Assembly: GCA_963789615.1 (NCBI GenBank)
Contig: CAWBLI010000001.1
Location: forward strand, 308,685 to 372,684
DNA: 64,000 nucleotides
Reading direction: 5' to 3'
From: an uncultured Actinomycetota bacterium
Lineage (GTDB): Bacteria > Actinomycetota > Actinomycetes > JAFAQI01
Shown here: positions 51,175 through 60,930 of the stretch, piece after piece
How the letters are laid out: the number at the start of each line of letters is the position of its first letter
Numbering within the stretch: the first letter of the stretch is position 1
Notes under the pieces: generated by a model
Databases searched by the model: none
Told to the model about the DNA's origin: nothing
The model's input: only the letters and a program-made list of their open reading frames with translations
Translations under genes and position numbers: made by a program

Positions 51175-51486
51175 ATGCCAACCAAGATCACGGTCATCTA
51201 CGACAACCCCGTCGACCCTGAGGCGTTCGAGACGACTTACGCCGACGGGCAGGTAGCTCTTGCCAGGGCGCTACCCGGTGTGCAGCGGATCGAGACCTCG
51301 AAGGTCTGGCCGAAGGAGGACGGAACGGCGACTCCGGCGTACCGGATGGTGGACATCTACTTCGCCGATTACGCGGCCGCAAGCGCCGCTGTCGCGACTC
51401 CTGAGGCCGGTGCGCTGTTTCCCAGCATCTTCGAGCTCGCCACTGGCGGCGTCCGAATCTTGTTCGCGGACGTCGAGGAGACGTAA
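51175..51486 (+). CDS. EthD-family reductase
   Basis: MPTKITVIYDNPVDPEAFETTYADGQVALARALPGVQRIETSKVW...RMVDIYFADYAAASAAVATPE is the typical ~100-aa EthD pattern. GAGGAG RBS. Confidence 0.8.
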   Translation: MPTKITVIYDNPVDPEAFETTYADGQVALARALPGVQRIETSKVWPKEDGTATPAYRMVDIYFADYAAASAAVATPEAGALFPSIFELATGGVRILFADVEET

Positions 51487-51498
51487 GCCGGGCGTCAC

Positions 51499-53007
51499 CT
51501 ACGTGTACTTGCGGTCCAGTCGGGGCGGCACCCTAGGGCTAGCCGATCTCTCCCATGCGCGAGCGAACTGCAGCATCTGCTTCTCCGCAAGCGGGGCGCC
51601 GAGTAACTCCATGCCTACCGGCAGCCCGGCGTCCGTGACGCCCACGGGGATGGTGAGGGCGGGGAGCCCCGCTTGGGATCCGATGACCGTATTGGTAGGG
51701 AAGGTCAGTGACTCGTACTTTCCGGCGATCAGCTCCTCCCGTGTCGGGGGAATCACCTGCACCGTGGGATAGACAAGGAAGTCGAGCGCCTGCGTGGCGA
51801 GCGTGTTGAGGATGAGTCGTCGGAAACTCTCCTGGTTGAGCCGCCGTCGCAGGTATTCCGCGTCGTCTTCAGGTGTGGCAAGTCCCTTGGCGATGCCGTG
51901 GAACAGGTCGATCGACGGGTGGAACTGTCCGCTTCGGTAGAGCTCCATGAAACTCGAAACAGGCGCGGTCGGCCGGTCCGCGAGGAAGCTATCGATGTCG
52001 GATCTTGACTGTTGGATGTAGACAGACGTGCCCGAGATCCATCCGGGGAGGTCGTCGATCTGCAGCCCGGTAGTCGTGGTCACTCCGAGTCCTGAGAGCC
52101 GGGTGATGGCTTCGCGGACCACACGGTTCACGGGGTCTGCGTCGGGATTGCTGTCGGAACCGAATCCGGTTTCAAGTACTCCGATCCTCCAGTTGGAGAT
52201 CGGGACTTCGGTGCCGACGGCGGCGGCGTATCCCCCGGCGGGCGGTGTCGTCGCTGCTGTGACGGTGAACGGGTCCTTCGGGTCGTAGCCGACGATGCTG
52301 TCCAGCAGCGTCGCGAGATCGGAGACGGTTCGGGCTATCGGACCCGGGGTGTCCTGGAAGTGCACGAGGGGTGAGAATCCCGAGCGGCTGATCAGCCCGG
52401 TGGTGACTCGCAGGCCGAACAGGTTGTTGTACGACGCAGGAATCCGGATGGATCCGCCCGTGTCCTCGCCGATTCCGACGAGGCCGAAGTTGGCCGTCAC
52501 TCCCGCCGACGTTCCGGCGCTGGAGCCGCCGGAGTCGCGCCTCAGGTCGTAGGGGTTCTTGGTGTGGTCGGTCATCGATGACAAGGAGAACCAGCCGGCT
52601 GCGAAGTCGCACATCGCCGTCTTGGCGAGGATGACCGCGCCCGCTTCCCGGAGCTTCGTGACCAGGGTTGCGTCGACCTGCGGTACGTAGTTGTCGAATG
52701 CGATCGACCCGAAGGTCGTGCGCAAGCCTGCTGTCTCTGCCTGGTCCTTGACGAGCACGGGTACGCCGTGGAGCGGGCCGACGAAGTTGCCGGTTGCTGC
52801 GAAATGCTCGTCGAGCGCGACGGCGTCGTCACGTGCGCGTGGGTTCACTGTGACCACGGCGCGGATGTCCGCGCCGGCTTCGTTGTCTGCCTCGATCCTG
52901 GCGAGGTACCAATCGAGTAGTTCGGCGGTGGTCAGCTCACGGCTTCGAAGGGCCGAGTGGAAGGTGTCGATCGTCAGTTCGTCAAACCTGTGGTCACGAC
53001 CAGCCAC
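51499..53007 (-). CDS. Amidase (amidase-signature family)
   Basis: GPLHGVPVLVKDQ...TTFGS...DSGGSSAGTSAGVTANF..GIGEDTGGSIRIPAS (AS signature with Ser-cisSer-Lys elements). The ORF is open to 53310, but homology starts at about VAGRDHRFDELTIDTF. Start set at GTG 53007 after AGGGAG; GTG 53034 is also possible. Confidence 0.85.
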   Translation of the reverse strand: MAGRDHRFDELTIDTFHSALRSRELTTAELLDWYLARIEADNEAGADIRAVVTVNPRARDDAVALDEHFAATGNFVGPLHGVPVLVKDQAETAGLRTTFGSIAFDNYVPQVDATLVTKLREAGAVILAKTAMCDFAAGWFSLSSMTDHTKNPYDLRRDSGGSSAGTSAGVTANFGLVGIGEDTGGSIRIPASYNNLFGLRVTTGLISRSGFSPLVHFQDTPGPIARTVSDLATLLDSIVGYDPKDPFTVTAATTPPAGGYAAAVGTEVPISNWRIGVLETGFGSDSNPDADPVNRVVREAITRLSGLGVTTTTGLQIDDLPGWISGTSVYIQQSRSDIDSFLADRPTAPVSSFMELYRSGQFHPSIDLFHGIAKGLATPEDDAEYLRRRLNQESFRRLILNTLATQALDFLVYPTVQVIPPTREELIAGKYESLTFPTNTVIGSQAGLPALTIPVGVTDAGLPVGMELLGAPLAEKQMLQFARAWERSASPRVPPRLDRKYT

Positions 53008-53083
53008 CGGAGAGCGCTCCCTCTGCCAAGCCACGGCGCCCTCAGCAGCGCCGCCAGTTCTGCTGGTGATCAACTTATGGCGT

Positions 53084-53437
53084 TCAGGCACGGAGCGCGG
53101 CGAGGGCGCTGAACCAGGTGTCGGTCGCCAGCAGCTCATGAAGCTCGAGCAGATCGTCTGGAGTGATCGCGAGGCCCTCACGTGGGTGCTCGGGATGAGG
53201 CGGCAGTTCCACCTCAAGATCCTCTTCCATGAGCGGCACACCCGCGCGAATAAGTCTGAGGAACTCCGGCCAGCGCAGTTGCGCGGACACGACGTCCTCG
53301 CAACCGTCACAGATCCAGCACACGACCCCAGCGATGTCGGTGTCGTGCTCCCCAGCGGCGGCCGTTGCGAGCATGGCTTCGGCCGGGAGGGAGAGGTTCT
53401 CTCTGCACTGACTGCAGTCGATATTGATAGTGGTCAT
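53084..53437 (-). CDS. Cys-rich small hypothetical protein (CSQC ... CWICDGC)
   Basis: GAGGAG RBS plus ATG 53437. MTTINIDCSQCRENLSLPAEAML...VVCWICDGCEDVVSAQLRWPEFLRLIRAGV..., 117 aa. Lies between the LAL regulator and the amidase. Confidence 0.5.
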   Translation of the reverse strand: MTTINIDCSQCRENLSLPAEAMLATAAAGEHDTDIAGVVCWICDGCEDVVSAQLRWPEFLRLIRAGVPLMEEDLEVELPPHPEHPREGLAITPDDLLELHELLATDTWFSALAALRA

Positions 53438-53644
53438 GTGGGGCTCCTCTCGGCGGACGCCTGCCGTCCGCCTGATGGATGCCGACTCCGCGGCTACCCG
53501 TGGTCGGTTCTTGGTACTGGCATCACGTTCTCGCTGTCGGGGATCCGCTCGCGCCTGTACGGACCCTGGCCGCTGCCCTGGCACTGCCGATCTCGTCGGC
53601 GCGGACAGCGCTGGTGAACCTAGCGGCTCGTGAGCTGTTCCCGG

Positions 53645-56518
53645 TCAGGTGGTGGCGAGCGCTCCGCGGAGCTCTCTGCGGGAGCTGATGTCGAGCTTCG
53701 GGTACACCTTGCGCAGGTGCCACTCGACGGTGCGTGGGCTGATGAACAGCTCCGCACCGATCTGAGGGTTGGTGCGGCCGTCGGCCGCGAGCCGGGCGAT
53801 CTGCGCTTCCTGGGCGGTCAGCTCGTCACGATTCTCAAGGTTGCGCTTGCGCACGGTTTCACCGGTAGCGAGCAGCTCGCGCCGGCTGCGTTCAGCGAAT
53901 GCTTCGACAGCCATGCCGGTAAACATGTCGTGCGCGGTCCTCAGCTGCTCCCGGGCGTCGATGCGTCGGTTTTCGCGGCGCAGCCACTCTCCGTAGAGCA
54001 GATGTGCGCGGGCGAGCTCGACCCGAATCCGAGTGCGGCCGAGCCGCTCGATCGCCTCTTGGTAGAGCGGCTCAGCCTCCTCGCCGTCGCTGAGCAAGGC
54101 CCGTGACCGCGCCTCGATACCCAGCCCCCAGTCGCTGCCGCTACCCCGTGTGGTCTCGGTGAGCTGCTCCAGAGCATCTGTCGCTGCGCCACGGTTTCCG
54201 CTGCGAGCCGCGGCCTCGATTAGTTCGGTCAGGGCCCACGACATGACCCCGAGATCGTCGTACTCGCATGCCCGCTCGGCCGCGGCGAGCGCCTCGGCGT
54301 ATCGGCCGAGGCCATTGTTGAGCAGGGCGGTTTCGTAGTAGCTGATGCCTACTCCCATGCCCTCACCGCGACTCACCACGTCGGAGATGGTGGCGTGGAT
54401 GAGTTCGCTCGCCTCGTCGTCGCGCCCGCGCCAGACGGCTATCGCCACGGCTCCGTAGGCAGCGAGCTGGCTGCCGGTCGCGTCGGTAACCGCGCGTACC
54501 TCGGCGGTCAACGCCGCGCCCTCGCTCATCTCGCCGGCGAACCCGTGGACGAAAATGCGAGATCGCAGAGCCAATGGAAGCACGCTGAGTGCGCCAGCCC
54601 GCCGGGCGACGCGGACATGGAGTGCGCAGAGCACTTCCCAGCTCTCGTCGTCCCACAAGGCCTGGGCGACACGGCCGGCGAGCCACAGCCAGCGCAGCGC
54701 CTCATTCACAGGTAGGTCTTTGCCGCGAAAGGCACGCAGGGCCTGCCGCAGGAGTGGAGCGCCCGCGGCGCGACCCTCGGTGACCAGCACCGCCAGTCCG
54801 TCGAGAAGAAGGTCCGGCGCGCGATCCGAGGCGGCCGTCGCCGCCACCCTGCGGGCGGCGCTCGCGACTTCCGTTAGATTCGCGCCGCGGGAGAGTCGGC
54901 CGACCAGGAGCGCCGCGGTGAACGCCTCGAGGTAGGTCTCACGCGCGAGCTCGACATCGAGCGGTTCGAGTCGTCGGGCGGCGTTGAGCAGGAGCGGCGG
55001 AGCCTCGTTTCCCCGTTTCGAGGCGAACAGGATCTGCGCACGCAACAGGTCGATGAGCGCGTGCTGCAGCTCGTTGAGAGGCCCGGTCTCGGCGAGCGCG
55101 AGAAGTGCTAGTGCGGCGTCGGGGGCGCCGGCCAGATGTTTGGCCTGGGCGGCGGCTAGCGCGCGTTGCGCCCGCCGCTCTGGGTCGGGCGTCAGTTCCG
55201 TCGCTCGGTCGAGAAACGCCGCCTCGGCAGCGAGACCGCCGCGGGCGTGGGCGCGGGCTGCTGAGTGCTCGAGCTCGGCTGCCACACCCTCGTCCGGTTC
55301 GATCGCCGCGTGCGCACGATGCCACGCGCGGCGATCAGGGTCGAGCTCGACGTCCGTGGCTTCGGCGAGCGCGCGATGCGCCTCCTGCAGGTCGTGGACG
55401 CTCGCGGCCCGACAGACGGCGGAGCGGACCAGCGGATGGCGGAAGCGAACCTGGACGCCGAACTCGACCAAGCCCGCCGCCCGGGCGGGCGCGGCGGCCT
55501 CGATGTCGATCCCGAGTTGTGTCGCTGCGCGCCATAGCAAGTCCGCGTCGCCGAGCGGCTCGACGGCGGCCGTTAGCAGCAGCCGTCGGGTCTCGACCGG
55601 AAGGGGTTGCAGCTGTCGCCGGAAGCCCTCCTCGATCCGGCTCGTCAGCGGCAGGGCGTCGGCCAGTCCAAATCCTCCTGCCAGCTCGGCCGGGGTCAAT
55701 ACGCGCGGTAGCTCGAGCAGCGCCAGCGGGTTGCCTCGTGTCTCGGCGACGATCCGGTCGCGCACCTTGGAGTCCAGCGGCCCATGCATCGCCGAGTCCA
55801 GGAGAGCGCGGGCATCGTCATCGTTGAGGCCACCGATGACGAGGCTGGGCAGAGCCGCGAACTCTTGGTCGCCACCTGACTCGCGGACGGCGAACACGAG
55901 GGCGACCGATTCGGCAAGTAGCCGACGCGCGACGAACGCCAGCGTCTGCGCCGAGACTCGATCGAGCCACTGGGCGTCATCAATGATGCAGACCAGCCCC
56001 TTCGCGCCGGATACCTCGGCCAACAGGCTGAGGACAGCGAGACCAACGAGGAACCGGTCTGGCGGATCTCCTCGGCTCAGACCGAAGGCAATGGACAGGG
56101 CCTCACGTTGCGGAGCCGGGAGAGCATCAAGGCGATCGAGCATCGGAGCACAGAGCTGATGCAGCCCGGCGTAGGCGAGCTCTGTTTCGGACTCGATACC
56201 GGCGGCTCGGGCGATGCGACATTCGGAGGCGCGTTGCACGACGTATTCCAGCAGGGCGGTCTTGCCGACTCCGGCTTCGCCACGGAGGACCAGTGCTTCG
56301 CTGCGGCCCGCTCGTGTCGTCGAAACCAGTCGATCAAGAGCCTCGCGCTCGGTGCGCCGACCGCGCAGTGCTCCCTCGGGGTCAGTGGTTGACACTGCCA
56401 CCCCCTGCATCACGGATGGAAGCCCACGCGCCGGCTGGTGCCGAAACCCGTAGGACACCCCTCGCTTGCATGCTTGCACAGGGTCCGCGAGCACCGCTGG
56501 GCCGGATCTTTCGCTCAC
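53645..56518 (-). CDS. LuxR-family transcriptional regulator of the large ATP-binding (LAL) type
   Basis: N-terminal AAA/Walker A LRGEAGVGKTAL. Long TPR-like middle. C-terminal LTAQEAQIARLAADGRTNPQIGAELFISPRTVEWHLRKVYPKLDISSRREL. The real start may be ATG 56410 (MQGVAVSTT). Confidence 0.9.
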   Translation of the reverse strand: MSERSGPAVLADPVQACKRGVSYGFRHQPARGLPSVMQGVAVSTTDPEGALRGRRTEREALDRLVSTTRAGRSEALVLRGEAGVGKTALLEYVVQRASECRIARAAGIESETELAYAGLHQLCAPMLDRLDALPAPQREALSIAFGLSRGDPPDRFLVGLAVLSLLAEVSGAKGLVCIIDDAQWLDRVSAQTLAFVARRLLAESVALVFAVRESGGDQEFAALPSLVIGGLNDDDARALLDSAMHGPLDSKVRDRIVAETRGNPLALLELPRVLTPAELAGGFGLADALPLTSRIEEGFRRQLQPLPVETRRLLLTAAVEPLGDADLLWRAATQLGIDIEAAAPARAAGLVEFGVQVRFRHPLVRSAVCRAASVHDLQEAHRALAEATDVELDPDRRAWHRAHAAIEPDEGVAAELEHSAARAHARGGLAAEAAFLDRATELTPDPERRAQRALAAAQAKHLAGAPDAALALLALAETGPLNELQHALIDLLRAQILFASKRGNEAPPLLLNAARRLEPLDVELARETYLEAFTAALLVGRLSRGANLTEVASAARRVAATAASDRAPDLLLDGLAVLVTEGRAAGAPLLRQALRAFRGKDLPVNEALRWLWLAGRVAQALWDDESWEVLCALHVRVARRAGALSVLPLALRSRIFVHGFAGEMSEGAALTAEVRAVTDATGSQLAAYGAVAIAVWRGRDDEASELIHATISDVVSRGEGMGVGISYYETALLNNGLGRYAEALAAAERACEYDDLGVMSWALTELIEAAARSGNRGAATDALEQLTETTRGSGSDWGLGIEARSRALLSDGEEAEPLYQEAIERLGRTRIRVELARAHLLYGEWLRRENRRIDAREQLRTAHDMFTGMAVEAFAERSRRELLATGETVRKRNLENRDELTAQEAQIARLAADGRTNPQIGAELFISPRTVEWHLRKVYPKLDISSRRELRGALATT

Positions 56519-56523
56519 TGGTC

Positions 56524-57816
56524 TCAGCCCGTCACGGGCTCGATGGTGTCAGGACCCGCCGATGACGATGACGGCTTGCCGATCTGTCGCTCGGCACTCT
56601 CGCCGGCTGGAAGCAGGTCGAGCACAAGCTTGGCGATGGCCACGACTGCAACGAAGCTGCCGTACCCGAGGGCGGTGTCTCGCAGCCCGTAGCGCATGAT
56701 GAGCAAACCTGCCGCGAGTGCAGGAACGCTAAAGGCCAGGTAGCTGACGACATAGATCGCCGAAAGCAGCGCGGCGCGCTCCCGCGGCTCGGCCAGCTGG
56801 AGCACCGACCGCAAGGCTCCGAGGAATCCGACTCCGTATCCGACTCCGGTCACGATGGACGCGACGATGAAAGCGGTCAGCGACGACGCGGCGACTGCGA
56901 CGACGAACAGCGCCGTTCCCGCCACGAGGACGGGGGTCCCGATCCGGGTCATGGCCGGCGGCGTGAGGTTGCGGGCGATGATGGCGGAACCGGTTGCGGC
57001 CAGCGCGAACACGGCGAGTATGGCCCCGATGACCGCGTCGTTCGTTTGCCCGAAGACCGCTATCAGCAGCGATCCCCCGATTGACAGGATCAGGCCCCCG
57101 ATTGCCCAGGTCACAACCATCGTGGGAACCGCTCGCACGAACGCGCGACGTGCGGTGGACGGCACGGCGATCCGTGGGCGTAGGGCCGCGAGCGCGCCCG
57201 GGGTGCGTCGGACCGTTTCGGGCAGTGCCATGCCGGCGAGCGCGAGAACGATGAACAGCCCGGTCAGAATCGCGAACACCAACCGGGTGGGGTCGGGGCC
57301 GTATTGCACCAGCAGGCCGGTGACAAGCGCGCCGAGTGCGAGGCCTCCCGCCGGCGCGGCGCTGTTGACGAGCGAGCCAAGACGAGACCGACCGGCGGGC
57401 TGCAAGTCCAGCAGGTAGGCGCCGAGAACGCCGATCGCGGCACCGGTTGCTAGTCCCTGGACGATTCGAGCGATCCCAAGCCACACGACACCGGTCGCCG
57501 AAAAGAACACGGCCATTGACGCGGCCTCGAGGATTAACCCGACGGCGAGCACCGGGCGACGTCCGATGACGTCGGAGAGCCGTCCCACGGTCAGCAGACT
57601 GCAGAGCAGGGCGAGCACGTAGACCGCGAAGATTGCGGTCAGCGTGAGCGCGGAGAATCCGAACTCGGTCTGGTACACCGGGTAGAGCGGACTCGGAGCG
57701 CTTGACGCGGCGAGCAGCGCCGTGGTCGTGGCCGTGACGAGCCAGAAGCCGGCCGCGTCAGGAAGTGTCCTGCGGGTCGATGGGTCGAGGCGTGGCGGCG
57801 CTACGGGCAGGGTCAT
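56524..57816 (-). CDS. MFS transporter
   Basis: 430 aa with ~12 predicted TM helices and the GRLSDVIGRRPVL motif between TM2 and TM3. Confidence 0.9.
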   Translation of the reverse strand: MTLPVAPPRLDPSTRRTLPDAAGFWLVTATTTALLAASSAPSPLYPVYQTEFGFSALTLTAIFAVYVLALLCSLLTVGRLSDVIGRRPVLAVGLILEAASMAVFFSATGVVWLGIARIVQGLATGAAIGVLGAYLLDLQPAGRSRLGSLVNSAAPAGGLALGALVTGLLVQYGPDPTRLVFAILTGLFIVLALAGMALPETVRRTPGALAALRPRIAVPSTARRAFVRAVPTMVVTWAIGGLILSIGGSLLIAVFGQTNDAVIGAILAVFALAATGSAIIARNLTPPAMTRIGTPVLVAGTALFVVAVAASSLTAFIVASIVTGVGYGVGFLGALRSVLQLAEPRERAALLSAIYVVSYLAFSVPALAAGLLIMRYGLRDTALGYGSFVAVVAIAKLVLDLLPAGESAERQIGKPSSSSAGPDTIEPVTG

Positions 57817-57831
57817 GATTGGTTCCGATCG

Positions 57832-59199
57832 CTAGATTCCCAAGGTGGTGAACAGGTCCAGCCAGATCTCGCTGCGGGTCGGGAAGGCCGGAATCGCGTG
57901 GCGCAGCCGGGTGAGCGGCACCTCACCGACGATCGCGATGGTCGCGGCGTGCAGGAAGTCGGCGACCTCGGAGCCCGTGATCGTGACGCCGACGATGACA
58001 TCGCGCTCCTCGTCGATCAGAAAACGGCTTGTGCCGCGGGCGCCGCGCCCGTAGAAGGAGCCACCGGCGTTCCCTGAGGTGGACACGTCCGCGACCCGGA
58101 CGACGAGCCCGGCCTCGGCTGCGGTCCGCGTGGTGTGCCCAACGGCAGCGACCTGAGGGTCGGTGAAGATCACCCGAGGCGAGCGCGGTCCGTCAGCGAG
58201 GTGCTGGGCGGTCATGTCCGTGCCGAGCACGTGGCTGGCGGCGATAGCCGCCTGGTATTTGGCCATGTGGGTGAACGGCGCACGCCCGTTGAGGTCGCCG
58301 ATCACATACAGCCAGTTGTGGCCTGGCACACGCCCGTAGACGTCGACGTCGAGGTAACCCTTGGAATCGATGTCGATGGTTTCCAAACCGAGCCCTGCGG
58401 ACTGCGGGGTGCGGCCGACGGTGACGAGCAGCTCGTCGCCAGTCACTGTCGAGCCGTCGCCGAGGGTCACGGCGACCGTGGCGCCGTCACGGCGCACCGA
58501 TGTCGCCTTCTGACCGGTGCGGATGTCGACTCCTTGCTCCGCCAGGGCGTCTGTGACCTGCTCGCAGGCGAACTCCTCCTCGCGTGGCAGTAGCCGGTGG
58601 TCGCCTTCGATGAGAATGACGTGGGCGCCCATCGAGCTGTAGGCCTGGCTGAGCTCGACGCCGGCCACTCCGCCGCCCAGAACGACGAGCCGAGCGGGAA
58701 CGGCCTGCGCGGTCGTGGCATCGCGGTTCGTCCAGGGGCGGGCGTCGGCCAGGCCATCGATCGGAGGCAGCGTGGGTGTGGTTCCTCCGGCCAGGATCAC
58801 GGCGTAGCGCGCCTGGATGGTCTCGTCGCCGACGCTCACCCGTCGCTCGCCGGCTAGCCGGCCCCAGCCGCGGTAGAGCGTGACGCCGCGCTTCTCCAGC
58901 CACGGCAGCTGCGCGGCGTCGTCGAGGTAGTTGATGACCTCGTCGCGGCGGCGCAGCACGGCGTCCCGGTCGAGCGGTCCGGTCATCGCCTCGGCGGTTC
59001 CCGGCACTCGGCGTGCCTCGGTCAACAGCTCACCGGGGCGCAGCAGAGCCTTGGAGGGCATGCACGCCCAGTAGGAGCACTCGCCGCCTACCTTCCGATC
59101 CTCCACGATCGCGACGTCGAGACCGGCTTCCGCTAGCCGTCCGGCTGCTACCTCGCCGCCGGGTCCCGCGCCGACGACCACTACGTCGTAGGTGTGCAT
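57832..59199 (-). CDS. Class I pyridine-nucleotide disulfide oxidoreductase (dihydrolipoamide dehydrogenase / mycothione reductase-like)
   Basis: YDVVVVGAGPGGEVAAGRLAEAG (FAD), redox-active GGECSYWACMPSK, VLGGGVAGVELSQ (NAD). C-terminal interface domain with HAIPAFPT. Start set at ATG 59199 after AGGAG. Confidence 0.85.
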   Translation of the reverse strand: MHTYDVVVVGAGPGGEVAAGRLAEAGLDVAIVEDRKVGGECSYWACMPSKALLRPGELLTEARRVPGTAEAMTGPLDRDAVLRRRDEVINYLDDAAQLPWLEKRGVTLYRGWGRLAGERRVSVGDETIQARYAVILAGGTTPTLPPIDGLADARPWTNRDATTAQAVPARLVVLGGGVAGVELSQAYSSMGAHVILIEGDHRLLPREEEFACEQVTDALAEQGVDIRTGQKATSVRRDGATVAVTLGDGSTVTGDELLVTVGRTPQSAGLGLETIDIDSKGYLDVDVYGRVPGHNWLYVIGDLNGRAPFTHMAKYQAAIAASHVLGTDMTAQHLADGPRSPRVIFTDPQVAAVGHTTRTAAEAGLVVRVADVSTSGNAGGSFYGRGARGTSRFLIDEERDVIVGVTITGSEVADFLHAATIAIVGEVPLTRLRHAIPAFPTRSEIWLDLFTTLGI

Positions 59200-59421
59200 C
59201 TCGACTCCTCGGTGTTTCTTGGTCGCTGCTCGGTCTCGTCCTGGCATCACGATCGGTCCTGGCGACGAAAAGTCGCGCCCGTGGGTTGCCCTGGGCGGTG
59301 CCCTGGTCCGCCCCGCGATGGTGGCCGGCTACTCAGCGCAGCGACGGTCCGTAAGACGGGAAAGGGCAGTGAGGGACGTCGATGACGCCCCTCACTGCCC
59401 TTCTGTGTGTACGTCGCCGAG

Positions 59422-59589
59422 TTAGCGCGAGTCCGGTCCGCAGATCCGGTATCCCTCGTCGTGGAGGGTGCGCATCATGTGCTCGGCGTACCACGGTGGC
59501 CAGTCCGGGTCGGGCTTGCCGAGCTCGGCCTCGTGAACGCCGTGGGCGGCCGCCGCGCGCCGCAGCGCGTCGGTCAGTCGGTCAGTCAT
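59422..59589 (-). CDS. 55-aa conserved-looking small protein
   Basis: Own translation: MTDRLTDALRRAAAAHGVHEAELGKPDPDWPPWYAEHMMRTLHDEGYRICGPDSR. GGAG lies upstream and GC3 is high. Below the ORF-track cutoff. Confidence 0.45.
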   Translation of the reverse strand: MTDRLTDALRRAAAAHGVHEAELGKPDPDWPPWYAEHMMRTLHDEGYRICGPDSR

Positions 59590-59652
59590 GGTCGCTCCAT
59601 CGTCCCTCCAAAGATTGCAGTGTCTAGTCCGGCGTTAGCTCGCTGGCCTCCG

Positions 59653-60097
59653 TCAACGCCCGGGTGCCCGCTCCTTGACCTCCTGAAGCAGCCAGCCGTT
59701 GCCGTCCGGGTCGCTGAACGACGCGAACGAGCTGTAGCTGGTGTGCTGCGGGTCGGGGCCGGTCACCTGGCAGTCGGTTCCGATCCGGTGGAACAGGCCG
59801 TCTGCGTCATGGAACGGCTCGCTCCACGTCGACGCCGTAGTCGACGAGCTCGGCACGGGCAGCGTCGATGTCCTCGACGACGAGCTGTAGCCCCTGCACG
59901 GATCCCGGTTCGGCAGAGGTGATCCCCTTGCCGATGATGATCGAGCACTCCGAGCCTGGCGGCGTCAGCTGCACGACCCGGAAGTCCGCGCTGGCGACGA
60001 AGTCGGCGTCCAGTCGCCACTGCAGCGCCTTGTAGAAGTCCTTCGCCCGATCGACGTCGGAGACGGGCAGCAGCACGACCTCGAGTTTCATGTCCAT
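59653..60097 (-). pseudogene. VOC / glyoxalase-bleomycin-resistance family protein; one frame break
   Basis: MDMKLEVVLLPVSDVDRAKDFYKALQWRLDADF...GLQLVVEDIDAARAELVDYGVDV (ORF 59807..60154), then FHDADGLFHR...ASFSDPDGNGWLLQEVKERAPGR (ORF 59653..59856). The break is near 59830. Confidence 0.8.
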
Positions 60098-60307
60098 GAT
60101 CTGTACTCCCTGTTCGTGGTGTCGGCGGCGTCGATTGATGTCGCCGGTTTTCACAGTGGCTCTTGCTGTCCTCGCCTCGCGCCCGTGGAGCGACTGGTCG
60201 GTGCCCTGGCGGCGGATTCGCCGTCATCGCCGATGCCGGAGGCCGACGACGTGACGGCCCGCCAGAAGATCTGGCGGGCCGTCTCGTGTGGTCGGGTCGC
60301 GTCAGCT

Positions 60308-60667
60308 CTATGCGCCGGCGCCTGCGATCACCGCGCGGATCTGTCCCGCCCACTCGGCTGACGTGAAGTCGGGGCCGACCGGGTCGACCAGGATCAGATC
60401 GCTGATCGTGTTGTCGGTTCTTAGGTGGAGAATCTCCTGGTACTCCGGTGAGTAATACCACTTCTTCGCCGTGTCCATGTCGGGGAACTCCATGAGCACG
60501 ACTGAACCGGGCCAGGCGCCTTCGAGTGCTTCGACCTGCCCGTCGAGGACCAGCCACTTTCCGCCGTAGGGCTTGAAGGTGGACTCGACGTTCTCCAGGT
60601 ACATCAGGGCGTCAGGCTTCGGAACCCCGTTGGGTATCCGCAGGTGGTTGATCAAGTACGCGGTCAT
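60308..60667 (-). CDS. DUF1330-domain protein
   Basis: MTAYLINHLRIP...YLENVESTFKPYGGKWLVLDGQVEALEGAWPGSVVLMEFPDMDTAKKWYYSPEYQEI is the typical DUF1330 pattern. Start set at the internal ATG 60667. Confidence 0.8.
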   Translation of the reverse strand: MTAYLINHLRIPNGVPKPDALMYLENVESTFKPYGGKWLVLDGQVEALEGAWPGSVVLMEFPDMDTAKKWYYSPEYQEILHLRTDNTISDLILVDPVGPDFTSAEWAGQIRAVIAGAGA

Positions 60668-60930
60668 CGCGTCCTCCCAGTCTCGGTCGTTCACGTTGCG
60701 TGGCATCTCCTGCCACTGACATCACGGTCGTGGTCGATGGCCGGCAATCGCGTCCGTCGAGAACCCTGGCCGGGGCCCTGGCGTGTCCATCACGCCGTCC
60801 TGCCAGCGACGAACGGTGAGGCCAGGGCAGCCGCCAGGGCAGCCGACGGGCGCGACCGGCCGACCGGGAAGCGGATCGTGGCCGGAGCGGCATACCTGTG
60901 CCACGTCAACGAATCAGAGGAGTTGGGATC

